DNA of 28,037 nt from Deltaproteobacteria bacterium (GCA_032128375.1 JAQBGU010000101.1:1-28037); one strand, 5' to 3'. Shown: positions 1 through 9,399, counted from the stretch's first letter. The notes: a model not told the origin generated them from the sequence alone. Numbers and translations are program-made.

Positions 1-1021
1 CTGTCCGGCCGATGCGGTGTGTATAGGCGTCCGGCGTGGTCGGAACGTCAAAGTTGATAACGTGCGAGACGTTCGCTACGTCAACGCCGCGCGCCGCGAT
101 GTCCGTTGCTACCAAGACCTTAAATTGGCCGCGGCGAAAACCGTTCATCGCCCGGTCGCGCTGCGCCTGGGACATGTTGCCCTGGAGCCCGACTGCGCGG
201 TGGCCCGATTTGTCGAGCTGCTCGGCGAGGCGCCGCGCTCGGTGTTTGGTGCGCGTGAAGACGATCGCCGAATTGAAGCCGTCTGACTCGAGAATGTGAT
301 TGAGCAGATTGCGCTTGTTCGTCTCGGGCACTGGATACAGCGCGTGATCGATCGTGTCTGCGGGTCCCGAGCCTGCGAGTTCGACGACGTGCGGGTCGTG
401 CAGCAGTTCGTCGGCCAAGCCTCGGATCTCCCGCGGCATGGTCGCGGAGAACAGCAGGTTCTGGCGATCTTTGGGTAGCGCCGCAAGGATGCGTCGGATA
501 TCCGGCAAGAAGCCCATGTCGAACATGTGGTCGGCCTCATCGAGCACGAGCGTCTCGATGCTGTCGAGTCGCACGACCCTCTGCCGCATCAAGTCGAGCA
601 GGCGTCCGGGGCAGGCCACCACCACTTCAGGGCGGCGGCGCAGCGCATCGATCTGGGTACGCATGGACACTCCACCGAACACGCGGGTCGTCTTCAGCCG
701 CGTGAACTTGGCGAGTAGCTGGATTTCGGCGTCGATCTGGGTTGCCAGCTCGCGTGTCGGTGCCAGCACGAGTGCACGCGGTCCGGGCTTGCGTTCATCG
801 AGCAGCCGATCGAGGAGAGGCAACGCGAACGCAGCCGTTTTGCCGGTGCCGGTCTGTGCGAGGCCAAGTACGTCAGCCCCTTCGAGGGCTGCGGGAATGG
901 TTTCGGCTTGGATGGGTCGCGGCTCGACGAACCCCGCGGCACGCACGCCGCGCTCGAGGTCAGGGTGAAGCTCGAACAGGTCGAAGCCAGTAGCAGTAGT
1001 AACAGGTTGTGATGCAGACAT
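1..1021 (-). CDS. rhlE: DEAD-box ATP-dependent RNA helicase (RhlE-like); 3' end runs off the window
   Basis: Translated by hand from ATG 1021 (not in the ORF track): MSASQPVTTATGFDLFELHP...GFVEPRPIQ (Q motif), AQTGTGKT (Walker A), LAPTRELA, CPGRLLD, LDEADHMFDMGF, SAT, ATDIAARGVD, YTHRIGRT. Confidence 0.93.
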   Translation of the reverse strand, partial: MSASQPVTTATGFDLFELHPDLERGVRAAGFVEPRPIQAETIPAALEGADVLGLAQTGTGKTAAFALPLLDRLLDERKPGPRALVLAPTRELATQIDAEIQLLAKFTRLKTTRVFGGVSMRTQIDALRRRPEVVVACPGRLLDLMRQRVVRLDSIETLVLDEADHMFDMGFLPDIRRILAALPKDRQNLLFSATMPREIRGLADELLHDPHVVELAGSGPADTIDHALYPVPETNKRNLLNHILESDGFNSAIVFTRTKHRARRLAEQLDKSGHRAVGLQGNMSQAQRDRAMNGFRRGQFKVLVATDIAARGVDVANVSHVINFDVPTTPDAYTHRIGRT

Positions 1022-1033
1022 GTAGTTAGATTG

Positions 1034-1077
1034 ATCTCCCCCGCGCGGCACGCCATGGCGTGCACCCCGCGGGTGAT
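1034..1077 (-). promoter_or_regulatory. Stable stem-loop in the helicase 5' leader covering the likely SD (GGGGAG)
   Basis: Perfect 16-bp palindrome gcacgccatggcgtgc at 1048-1063, nested in outer arms atcacccgcg / cgcgggggagat on the minus strand. Confidence 0.4.
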
Positions 1078-1329
1078 GGTCCTGACCCGCACAACAGTAG
1101 TGGGTAAGAAGGGAATTGGCGGCGCGACCGAGAATGGGTCCTGTTGCTCGCCGCTGCTGGGCAGGAATGCCCAGCGAGATGTGGTGTGGTTTAGCTGCTT
1201 CGCGACGTCCCCGCCAGTGGGGACCTGCGACTTCATTCCATTCGGCCGCTGGTGCCGCGAGCTGGAGCGATTATTTGCGGTATGAATTCGTTGGAATTCA
1301 CGCTACTTCGAGCGGCCATCACGGCCCAG

Positions 1330-1500
1330 CTACGTGGCCATCGCCTCGACCCCTGCCGGGCGTGCGTTCCAGCCACGCCACGTACGCCGCCAGACGGGGC
1401 ATCTGGTCGCCAATCAAACCCAGCCGACCCGACATTGCGCGGCAATGGCCCAGCATGATGTCCGCGGCACTGAAGCTGCCGATCAAGTCGTCCTTTGCTT
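1330..1500 (-). pseudogene. Glutathione S-transferase C-terminal remnant
   Basis: KDDLIGSFSAADIMLGH...LGLIGDQMPRLAAYVAWLERTP matches the GST C-domain SxAD N-cap and P.L.AY..RL..RP motifs. No N-terminal thioredoxin-like domain is visible upstream. Confidence 0.6.
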
Positions 1501-1793
1501 GCGAACTACTCATGGGTGAGCAGCCACAAATGGGCTCGGGTTCCCGCAGACGGGTTTGCGAACTTGCCGCGCCCGATGGCGGCGCGGCCGGGGATTGCAC
1601 GGGGATGCGAAGTGCCGCCTTCGCCCGGCCGGGCCAATCTGGTGAAGGCGGGGGGAGCCGCGATCACGACGTGCGAACGCTTGGGAACTTCAGCTCGTGG
1701 CGATGAGTTGGGCCGACGAGCGCAGCAGTTGACGGCCTGTCGAGCCGATAGCCTACTGCGCACGAACCTCGAATCATCCGGAGCTGAGCGAAG

Positions 1794-2501
1794 ATGGCGA
1801 GTTTTGTACTGGTCCACGGGGCATGGCACGGTGCCTGGTGTTGGGAGCGCGTAATCCCCTCAATGCAAGCGGCGGGCCATGAAGTGGTCGCGATCGATCT
1901 GCCCGCTCACGGTGCCGATCGCAGCGCACCGTGGAGCGCCACGCTGCGGAGCTATTCAGAGTGCATCGTCAGCGCGGCGCGTGGGCTCTCGCAGAAGCCC
2001 TTCGTGGTGGGACACAGCATGGGCGGTATCGCGATCACCGATGCAGCCGGATCCCAACCGGAAGCGTTCGCCGGGCTTGTCTACTTGTGTGCATTTATTC
2101 CGCGCATGGGTGACTCACTGTTGAAACTTGGGCGACAAGATCCAAACAGCCGCGTCGCCCGCAGTCTCCTGCCGGGTCTGGCGGGGCTTCGCATCCGAAC
2201 CGGGCGAGCACAGTCCGTCTTCTACAACACCTGCAGTGCAGGCGATGCCGCCTGGGCGATCGGCCGGCTCGAGCCGGACCCGGTACGGCCGATGTTGGCC
2301 CGACTCGATCGAGAAGCGCCCGTCGAGCTTCCGCGCGCTTGCATCGTGTGCACCGAGGATCGGGCCATCTCGTTCGATTATCAATGCGAAATGGCGGCGC
2401 GCGGATGCATCCGCCGCGTAATCACGATGAAAACGGATCACTCGCCCTTTCTATCGGCTCCTCGAGAGTTGGCTGATCGGCTTGGGGAGATGGCCAAATA
2501 A
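1794..2501 (+). CDS. Alpha/beta hydrolase (methylesterase/salicylate esterase-like)
   Basis: VLVHGAWHGAWCW, DLPAHG, GHSMGG nucleophile elbow, EDRAI acid and DHSPFLSAP catalytic His. Confidence 0.9.
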   Translation: MASFVLVHGAWHGAWCWERVIPSMQAAGHEVVAIDLPAHGADRSAPWSATLRSYSECIVSAARGLSQKPFVVGHSMGGIAITDAAGSQPEAFAGLVYLCAFIPRMGDSLLKLGRQDPNSRVARSLLPGLAGLRIRTGRAQSVFYNTCSAGDAAWAIGRLEPDPVRPMLARLDREAPVELPRACIVCTEDRAISFDYQCEMAARGCIRRVITMKTDHSPFLSAPRELADRLGEMAK

Positions 2502-2677
2502 TTGATCGCCTAGAGGGATCGCTGACGCGTAGAGCCGTCGTTCGCCTTTTTCTACTGGTGGGCTGCGAGTGGTCTGTGATATATGCCCGGTGCCATGGCG
2601 GGCTCATCTCCAAAAAAGACCGGTCAACTCCCGAGCGCTGCGCCCCGGTTCGATCCTCGAAGGGACCGAGGCGGATC

Positions 2678-3649
2678 GTGACGGCTGTCGACGCGTTCGA
2701 GTTGGAAGACCGGGGCCCCGCAAAGCGTGAGTTTCTGGCGGACGTCCTGGCCGGAATGCGAAAGCGCAAACGCGCGCTGCCGTGCAAGTACTTTTATGAC
2801 GCCATCGGATCCAAACTCTTCGATGAGATATGCGAACTCGAAGAGTACTACCCGACGCGTACCGAGCGGCGCATCATGGAAAACAATGCCGTGGAAATCG
2901 CCGCCCAGATCGGGAGTGGCGTCCGGCTCGTCGAGTATGGCAGTGGCAGCAGCACCAAGACGCGGATCCTGCTCGATCATCTCGATGCGCCTGCTGCATA
3001 TGTCCCGGTAGACATCTCGCACGAACACCTACAAGGCACGGCGGATCTGCTGAGTGTCGTGTACCGCGACATCGAGATCCTGCCGGTATGCGCCGATTTC
3101 ACCGAGCGCTTCGAGTTGCCCTCACCTACTCGGAAGCCGACTCACACTGCAGTGTACTTTCCAGGTTCGACAATCGGGAATCTCGAGCCCAGCGATGCGA
3201 TCGCGCTACTCGCGCAGATTACGTCGCTTTGTGGCAAGGGGGGTGGGCTCGTCATCGGAGTTGATCTGCAAAAAGATGTCTCGGTTCTGGAAGCCGCCTA
3301 CAACGACGCTGCTGGCGTGACGGCGCGTTTCAACTTGAATCTGCTCCACCGAATCAACCGCGAACTCGGAGCAGATTTCAAGCTCGGCCAGTACGCGCAC
3401 TCGGCGCATTACAACGAGGACCTCGGCCGGATCGAGATCTCCCTCGTGAGTCAGACTGAACAGCGCGTAACCATCGAAGAAGAGACGTTTGAAGTCGCAC
3501 GTGGCGAGGCCATCTGGACGGAATTCTCGCACAAGTACACAATCGAAGGATTCGCCGCCCTCGCAGCAGCAGCGGGTTTGGCGCTCCACCGATACTGGAC
3601 CGACGCGCGGCAGTGGTTTGGGGTGCTGCACTTCGTTACAGCGAGTTGA
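2678..3649 (+). CDS. egtD: L-histidine N(alpha)-methyltransferase EgtD
   Basis: LPCKYFYD..GS.LFDEICELEEYYPTRTE, EYGSGSSTKT, FPGSTIGN, AYND..GVTARFNLN, TEFSHKY. Start placed at GTG 2678 rather than 2558. Confidence 0.93.
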   Translation: MTAVDAFELEDRGPAKREFLADVLAGMRKRKRALPCKYFYDAIGSKLFDEICELEEYYPTRTERRIMENNAVEIAAQIGSGVRLVEYGSGSSTKTRILLDHLDAPAAYVPVDISHEHLQGTADLLSVVYRDIEILPVCADFTERFELPSPTRKPTHTAVYFPGSTIGNLEPSDAIALLAQITSLCGKGGGLVIGVDLQKDVSVLEAAYNDAAGVTARFNLNLLHRINRELGADFKLGQYAHSAHYNEDLGRIEISLVSQTEQRVTIEEETFEVARGEAIWTEFSHKYTIEGFAALAAAAGLALHRYWTDARQWFGVLHFVTAS

Positions 3650-3662
3650 TCGAGCCGGGTCC

Positions 3663-4412
3663 GTGGCGTTCCTCGAACTATCCAATGTGTCGAAAAAATA
3701 CGGTGAGTTGACGGCCGTCCATCCGCTGGATCTCGATGTTGAATCGCACAAGACCTGCGCGCTGATCGGCCCAAGTGGCTGCGGTAAGTCCACCGTGCTG
3801 AAGCTCGCGATTGGACTCCTCCGGGCGGACACCGGAACCGTTCGTGTAGATGGCGAGCATCTCGCAGAATCCAACGTCTTGAAGCTGCGCCAACGCATCG
3901 GTTACGTGATCCAGGACGGCGGACTCTTCCCGCACATGACCACGCGACAAAACACCTGCGTGATGGCGCAATTTCTCGCATGGGACAACAACCGCATCGA
4001 AGCCCGTCTCGAATGGCTCTCGGACCTCGTGCGTCTGCCGAAAGATGCCATGAGCCGGTATCCGATCCAGCTCTCAGGCGGGCAGCGCCAACGCGTGAGC
4101 CTGATGCGCGCGCTGATGCTCGACCCCGATCTGCTGGTGATGGATGAACCGCTGGGCGCGCTCGATCCGATGATCCGTCGCGATCTCCAAGCCGATCTTC
4201 GACAGATTTTCCGCGAGCTCGAAAAGACGGTCGTGATCGTGACCCACGATCTGAACGAGGCCGCGTATTTTTCCGACGAAGTGATTCTGATGCGCGACGG
4301 CCGAGTCGTACAACGTGGTTCGATCGCGAGCTTGATGGAAACACCGGCCGATGAATTCGTAACGCGCTTCATCTTGGCCCAACAATCGACGCTCGTAGGA
4401 GATGGCTCCTGA
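3663..4412 (+). CDS. ABC transporter ATP-binding subunit, osmoprotectant/betaine (OpuA/OsmV/EgtV-like) family
   Basis: GPSGCGKST, IGYVIQDGGLFPHMT, YPIQLSGGQRQRV, MDEPLGALDP, VTHD. In-frame GTG at 3663 lies just after the egtD stop. Confidence 0.92.
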   Translation: MAFLELSNVSKKYGELTAVHPLDLDVESHKTCALIGPSGCGKSTVLKLAIGLLRADTGTVRVDGEHLAESNVLKLRQRIGYVIQDGGLFPHMTTRQNTCVMAQFLAWDNNRIEARLEWLSDLVRLPKDAMSRYPIQLSGGQRQRVSLMRALMLDPDLLVMDEPLGALDPMIRRDLQADLRQIFRELEKTVVIVTHDLNEAAYFSDEVILMRDGRVVQRGSIASLMETPADEFVTRFILAQQSTLVGDGS

Positions 4413-5933
4413 TCCGCTGGAGCGCTGCCGCAGTCGGCCTGCTCGTGCTGGCGTTCATTCCGCTGTCCTGCGAACGGGAGGGGCTGAAAATCGGATCCAA
4501 GAAGTTTACCGAGTCGATCATCCTGGGAGAGATGATCAGCGTGCTCGTGGAGGACGCGGGAACTTCCGCGACCCACTATCGCGAACTGGGTGGAACCCAG
4601 CTGGTGTTTCAAGCCCTGCGCAACGGTGACATCGACATCTATCCGGAGTACTCCGGTACGATCCGCTCGGAGATCTTGGCGGGCCGTGCGCTGGCGGATG
4701 ATGCCGAGATGGCGGCGGCACTTCGCGAGCTGAACGTGTCGATCAGTCGACCGCTCGGCTTCAACAACAGCTACGCGCTCGGCATGAAAAAATCACGAGC
4801 AGCCGAGCTCGCCATTGCACGCGTCTCGGATCTGATGCGCTTCCCCGATCTGGTTTTCGGCTTCAGCAACGAATTCATGGACCGCGAAGACGGTTGGCCC
4901 GGTCTGCAGCGAGATTACGAATTGCCCCAGCGGGCGGTGAGTGGGCTCGATCACGATCTCGCCTATCGACAGCTGCGGCTGGACGCACTCGATGTGATCG
5001 ATCTGTACACGACCGACGCGAAGATCGAACTCTACGATCTGGCGATCCTGGAAGACGATCGCGCCTACTTCCCCCGCTACGACGCGGTGCTGTTGCACCG
5101 ATCGGACCTGTCGAGCCGGTTTCCCGACGTCGTCGATTCGGTGCGCAGGCTCGAAGGAAGAATCTCGCGCGCCGAGATCATGTCGGCCAACGGTCGCGTC
5201 GAATTCGACGGCATTTCTGAGCTTCGCGTGGCCGCGGACTTCGTGTCGACGCGGTTCGGCGTGGCGAAGAAAATCCAGGAAGAAACCGTCGCTGCTCAGT
5301 TATGGGCGCGCACGGTCGAGCACCTCGATCTGGTACGGCAATCGCTGATCCCGGCCATCATGATCGCGATCGCACTGGGGATCTGGGCTGCCAAGAACCC
5401 GCGAACGGGCCAGATCATCCTGGGCGTGGTCAGCATCGTTCAGACGATCCCCGCGCTTGCATTGTTGGTGCTGCTGATGCCGCCGATCTCGTCTCTCGGT
5501 TTGAGCAGTGTCGGACTCGGATCGGCGACCGCCGTAATCGCGCTGTTTCTCTACAGCTTGCTGCCCATCGTCCGAAATACGCATGCCGGCCTGAACGACA
5601 TCGCCGAAGAGCTTCGCGAATCGGCGGCGGCACTCGGCCTGCCCGCCGGTTACCGGCTGGTTCGGGTCGAGCTGCCACTGGCTGCCCGCAGCATCCTCGC
5701 AGGGATCAAGACCGCCGCGGTCATCAACGTCGGGTTCGCAACCCTGGGCGCTCTGATTGGCGCGGGCGGGGTATGGCCAACCGATCATCACCGGGATTCG
5801 ACTCAATGATACGGCGCTGATATTGCAGGGCGCGATCCCCGCAGCTGCACTGGCGCTTCTGATGCAGGGCGGGTTCGAGCTGGCCGAGCGTTATGGCGTT
5901 GCGCGCGGTCTGCGAGTCGGTGGCGTCGAGTAG
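4409..5933 (+). CDS. Fused betaine-type substrate-binding protein and permease, with one +1 frameshift at 5768-5771
   Basis: Binding domain: IGSKKFTES, YPEYSGT, NNSYAL, EFMDREDG, LYTTD, FPRYDAV. Permease: QTIPALAL, LLPIVRNT, ESAAALG, VELPLA, ATLGALIGAGG. Removing one G continues YGQPIITGIRLND...GVE to TAG 5933. Start uncertain (CTG 4409 or GTG 4445). Confidence 0.88.
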
Positions 5934-5978
5934 GGTCGTGTTAGCATTGCCCAGAAGGACATCACTGAGGAGGAAAGT

Positions 5979-7361
5979 GTGACGGCTCACGATCCGCCGC
6001 AAGGCACGCTCGCCGCCCGCTACGTGCAGGTTCGCGCCTTCTCGGTCGAACTCTGCGCGTCGATCTCAGCCGAGGACTGCGCGATACAAACCATGCCCGA
6101 TGTCAGCCCGACCCGCTGGCACCTGGCTCACACGACGTGGTTTTTCGAGACGTTCGTTCTGGCGAAGCGCCCAGCGTATGAAACGTTCGATCCGAACTTC
6201 AATTACCTGTTCAACTCCTACTACAACACGATCGGCGAGCAATATCCCCGGCACGAGCGGGGGCTCTTGTCGCGTCCGGACCTGGCCGACGTGCTCGCCT
6301 ACCGTCGCTACGTCGACGAGCGCATGACCCGCGTGTTCGACTCAAAGCAAGCGCTCATCGATGCCGCGGGAAGCATCGAGGTGGGATTGAACCACGAGCA
6401 GCAGCACCAGGAACTGATGCTGACGGATATCAAACACGTGCTGGCTCACAATCCCCGGCTTCCGGTCTATCGGCATGGAACCTTTGCAAAGACCCTTCAG
6501 CGCGCGGTCGGAAGCCAGCCCCGAATCGAGAGCCTTCAGCCCCGAATCGAGAGCGAGGTAAGTGGCGCATCACTCGATAGCGTTCAGCGACCGGTCGAAG
6601 TCAATCCGCCGGTCGCTGGGTGGATGACTCACCCGGAGGGTACGTATTGGGTCGGCCAAACCGGCGAGGGCTTCAGCTTCGATAACGAACTCCCACGTCA
6701 CCGAGAGTTTCTCGACGCGTTCGAGCTGAATCGCGACCTGGTCACCTGTGGGGAGTACCGGCAGTTCATCGAGGATGGCGGGTATCGGCGACCGGAACTA
6801 TGGCTATCGCTCGGATGGGATCACGTCCAGCTGCATCGCTGGCACACGCCGCTCTACTGGCAGCGCGACGGAAGCGACTTCTACCAGTTCACGCTCGCGG
6901 GCCAGCGCGAAGTCGATCCCGCGACCCCGGTGTGCCACGTGAGCTACTTCGAGGCCGACGCTTTCGCCCGTTGGGCGTGCGCGCGGCTACCCACCGAGTC
7001 GGAATGGGAGCTGGCTTCGGCATCGGCGCCGATCGAAGGTGGATTCGTCGACATGCTGCTTTCCGAGGGGCGCGCAATCCATCCGGCGGGCGCCATGGAC
7101 GGCGACGTTCCGATTCGACAGCTGTTCGGCGACGTCTGGGAATGGACTGCCAGTCCATACACCGCCTATCCGGGGTTCGCGCCGCCCCCCGGAGCGTTAG
7201 GCGAGTACAACGGAAAGTTCATGTGCAACCAGTACGTGCTGCGCGGCGGATCCTGTGCGACATCGCGCGATCACATGCGCCGCACATACCGCAACTTCTT
7301 TCCTCCAGAGGCCCGCTGGCAGTTCAGCGGCATTCGACTCGCTCGCGACTGCCGGCAGTGA
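5979..7361 (+). CDS. egtB: Ergothioneine biosynthesis sulfoxide synthase EgtB (DinB-like plus FGE-like domains)
   Basis: QTMPDVSPTRWHLAHTTWFFE, FNSYY, RGLLSRP, HEQQHQEL (Fe ligands), RLPTESEWE, GEYNGKFM, YRNFFPPEARWQFSGIRLA. Strong SD gaggagg precedes the GTG. Confidence 0.95.
   Translation: MTAHDPPQGTLAARYVQVRAFSVELCASISAEDCAIQTMPDVSPTRWHLAHTTWFFETFVLAKRPAYETFDPNFNYLFNSYYNTIGEQYPRHERGLLSRPDLADVLAYRRYVDERMTRVFDSKQALIDAAGSIEVGLNHEQQHQELMLTDIKHVLAHNPRLPVYRHGTFAKTLQRAVGSQPRIESLQPRIESEVSGASLDSVQRPVEVNPPVAGWMTHPEGTYWVGQTGEGFSFDNELPRHREFLDAFELNRDLVTCGEYRQFIEDGGYRRPELWLSLGWDHVQLHRWHTPLYWQRDGSDFYQFTLAGQREVDPATPVCHVSYFEADAFARWACARLPTESEWELASASAPIEGGFVDMLLSEGRAIHPAGAMDGDVPIRQLFGDVWEWTASPYTAYPGFAPPPGALGEYNGKFMCNQYVLRGGSCATSRDHMRRTYRNFFPPEARWQFSGIRLARDCRQ
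6516..6554 (+). repeat. In-frame duplication (18 bp, 21-bp period) in the EgtB interdomain linker
   Basis: cagccccgaatcgagagc at 6516-6533 and 6537-6554, encoding QPRIES-L-QPRIES. Confidence 0.9.
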
Positions 7362-7693
7362 CGAATGCCCCCCGGTTGCGTTGAATCTGATTCCCGATCG
7401 GTAGCGCGACCGACCGGCTTCTGCGAGCAACAAGACCCTGCAGAGACTGGAGCTCTCGAACAGCTTCCGAGCCGGTTCTCAGTCGAAACGACTCGCTGCG
7501 CTGGATTGTCCCGATCGCCGGTCCTGGCAAACGCACCGCGCCGACGCTGCCGAACAGCGGCTGCTGCGCGGTTGCGAATCTGTGCGGTCCGCTTCGCGCC
7601 GACTCCCTGTGTGGCTAAGCTACTCAGCGGCCGAACCGATTTCCCGGCTCGCCGATGCTGACGCGAATCTGAACGTCAGAAGGAGCGGGGCTG

Positions 7694-9346
7694 ATGCTAG
7701 CCGAGCAGATCGCGCCCGAGCGCGAGGTCTCTCGAACGAAGCGTCTCAGGCTTCCACTGGCGCTGATCGCAGTGGTTCTGCTTTGCGTTGTCTTGCGGCT
7801 GGGGGCGCTCGACGTTCCGCTAGAACGCGACGAGGGGGTCTACGCCTATGGCGCGCAACTGTTGCTCGACGGAGTTCCGCCGTACCGGCTGGTCTACGAC
7901 ATGCGCCTGCCGGGAATCTACGTCGCGTATGCGCTGATTCTCGCCGTCTTCGGCGAGACGACCACGGGCATACATCTCGGGCTGCTCTTCGCGAACGCAG
8001 CTAGCGCGTTGTTGCTTTTCGTTGTCGCCCGCAGGCTGGTTTCCGAGCTGGCCGGGGTGGTCGCCTCGGCGAGTTTCGTCGTCTTGTCGTGCTCAGAGGC
8101 GGTGCAGGGAATCATCGCGAACAACGAACACTTCGTAATCCTGCCGGCGTTGGCGGGTTTGGCGCTGCTGCTTCGCGGCCTCGATCGGGACCGACGCGGC
8201 GCGATATTCGCTGGTGGCGTCCTTCTCGGATGCGGCTTCGTGGTGAAACAACATGGCGCTGTGTTTGTGGCCGCGGGCGGCTTGGCCGTCGCGCTCCGGC
8301 TGACGCTGAAGCGTCCGGTTCTCCGGCGGGTCGTGTCGAGCCTATGCATCTTCGGCCTCGGCGCGCTGGCGCCCTATTTGGGTGTCTGCGCGTGGATGGT
8401 CGCAACGGGAATGCTTGATCCATTCTGGTTCTGGACCGTGACCTACGCCATCGAGTACACGGGACAGATGGAATTGAGCGGCGCCGTGTACCGATTCCTG
8501 CGTTCCGCGATTCCCGTCGCGTTGAGTGCTCCGGCTCTCTGGAGTCTGGCATTCGTCGGATTCGTCGCGCTTCCCTTTGGGCGGGGACTGGAAAACCGGC
8601 GGCTGTTTCTGCTGCTTTTGGCGGTTCTTTCGGCGGTTGCGATCGCGCCGGGGCTGTTTTTCCGCCCGCATTACTACATGCTGCTACTGCCCGCTGCGTC
8701 GATCCTCGTGGGCGTTGGTGTGGATGTTCTGTACCGCACGCTCGCGCGGGGCACGACACGACGTTCGGCGACGGCGATCGTTGCGGTGGGACTTGCTCTC
8801 GCGCTCGGTACCGCGATCGCGCACGAACGCGCGATTCTGTTCGAACTGCCGCCCGAAGCGGTCTCTCGACGCATGTATGGTAAGAATCCGTTTCCCGAGT
8901 CCGTCGAGATCGCACGTTACATTCAGGAGAACTCGCTACCGAGCGACTCGATCGCCGTCATCGGATCAGAGCCCCAGATCTACTTTTACTCCGGCAGACG
9001 CGCAGCGACGGGCTTCATCTACACCTACCCGCTGGTCGAGGACCAACCCTACGCACTAAGGATGCAGGAGCAGATGATCGCCGAGATTGAGGGCGCGATG
9101 CCCGAGTTCGTGGTCCTCGTGAACATCGCATCCTCGTGGCGTGCCCAGCCGTCGGCCCCACGCCGAATCTTCGAGTGGTCTCGAGAGTTCATGACTCACC
9201 ACTACGAACCCGTAGGAATGGCTGTGACTTCCCTGACCGGGTCGGAAGTATTTTGGGATCCGGCGGCCGCCCCCAAACATAGCGACGGCTCCTGGCTTCT
9301 GATCGGCCGGCGCATGGATCCCGCCCGCGACTCGCGGGATCGATAG
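7694..9346 (+). CDS. ArnT/PMT-like (GT-C fold) multi-pass membrane glycosyltransferase
   Basis: TM1 followed by PLERDEGVYAY...PPY, many hydrophobic segments, VKQ and FRPHYY motifs, C-terminal soluble domain. SD aggag at 7681. Confidence 0.8.
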   Translation: MLAEQIAPEREVSRTKRLRLPLALIAVVLLCVVLRLGALDVPLERDEGVYAYGAQLLLDGVPPYRLVYDMRLPGIYVAYALILAVFGETTTGIHLGLLFANAASALLLFVVARRLVSELAGVVASASFVVLSCSEAVQGIIANNEHFVILPALAGLALLLRGLDRDRRGAIFAGGVLLGCGFVVKQHGAVFVAAGGLAVALRLTLKRPVLRRVVSSLCIFGLGALAPYLGVCAWMVATGMLDPFWFWTVTYAIEYTGQMELSGAVYRFLRSAIPVALSAPALWSLAFVGFVALPFGRGLENRRLFLLLLAVLSAVAIAPGLFFRPHYYMLLLPAASILVGVGVDVLYRTLARGTTRRSATAIVAVGLALALGTAIAHERAILFELPPEAVSRRMYGKNPFPESVEIARYIQENSLPSDSIAVIGSEPQIYFYSGRRAATGFIYTYPLVEDQPYALRMQEQMIAEIEGAMPEFVVLVNIASSWRAQPSAPRRIFEWSREFMTHHYEPVGMAVTSLTGSEVFWDPAAAPKHSDGSWLLIGRRMDPARDSRDR

Positions 9347-9399
9347 AGCGATCCGTTCCTCTCGCGTCTCGTCGTGCCGCGATCTGATAGGCTCATCGT

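Noticed and set aside
17..1285. Short ORFs listed over the first 1.3 kb
   Set aside because: Shadows or alternative frames of the helicase, which the track missed because it has no stop inside the window.
5979..7361. Selenoneine SenA, ovothiol OvoA or a formylglycine-generating enzyme
   Set aside because: No SenB-type soluble glycosyltransferase or SelD is nearby, there is no C-terminal methyltransferase domain, and the DinB-like iron motif plus linked egtD fit EgtB.
7365..7661. 98-aa ORF after egtB
   Set aside because: No SD or recognisable motif, so treated as intergenic.
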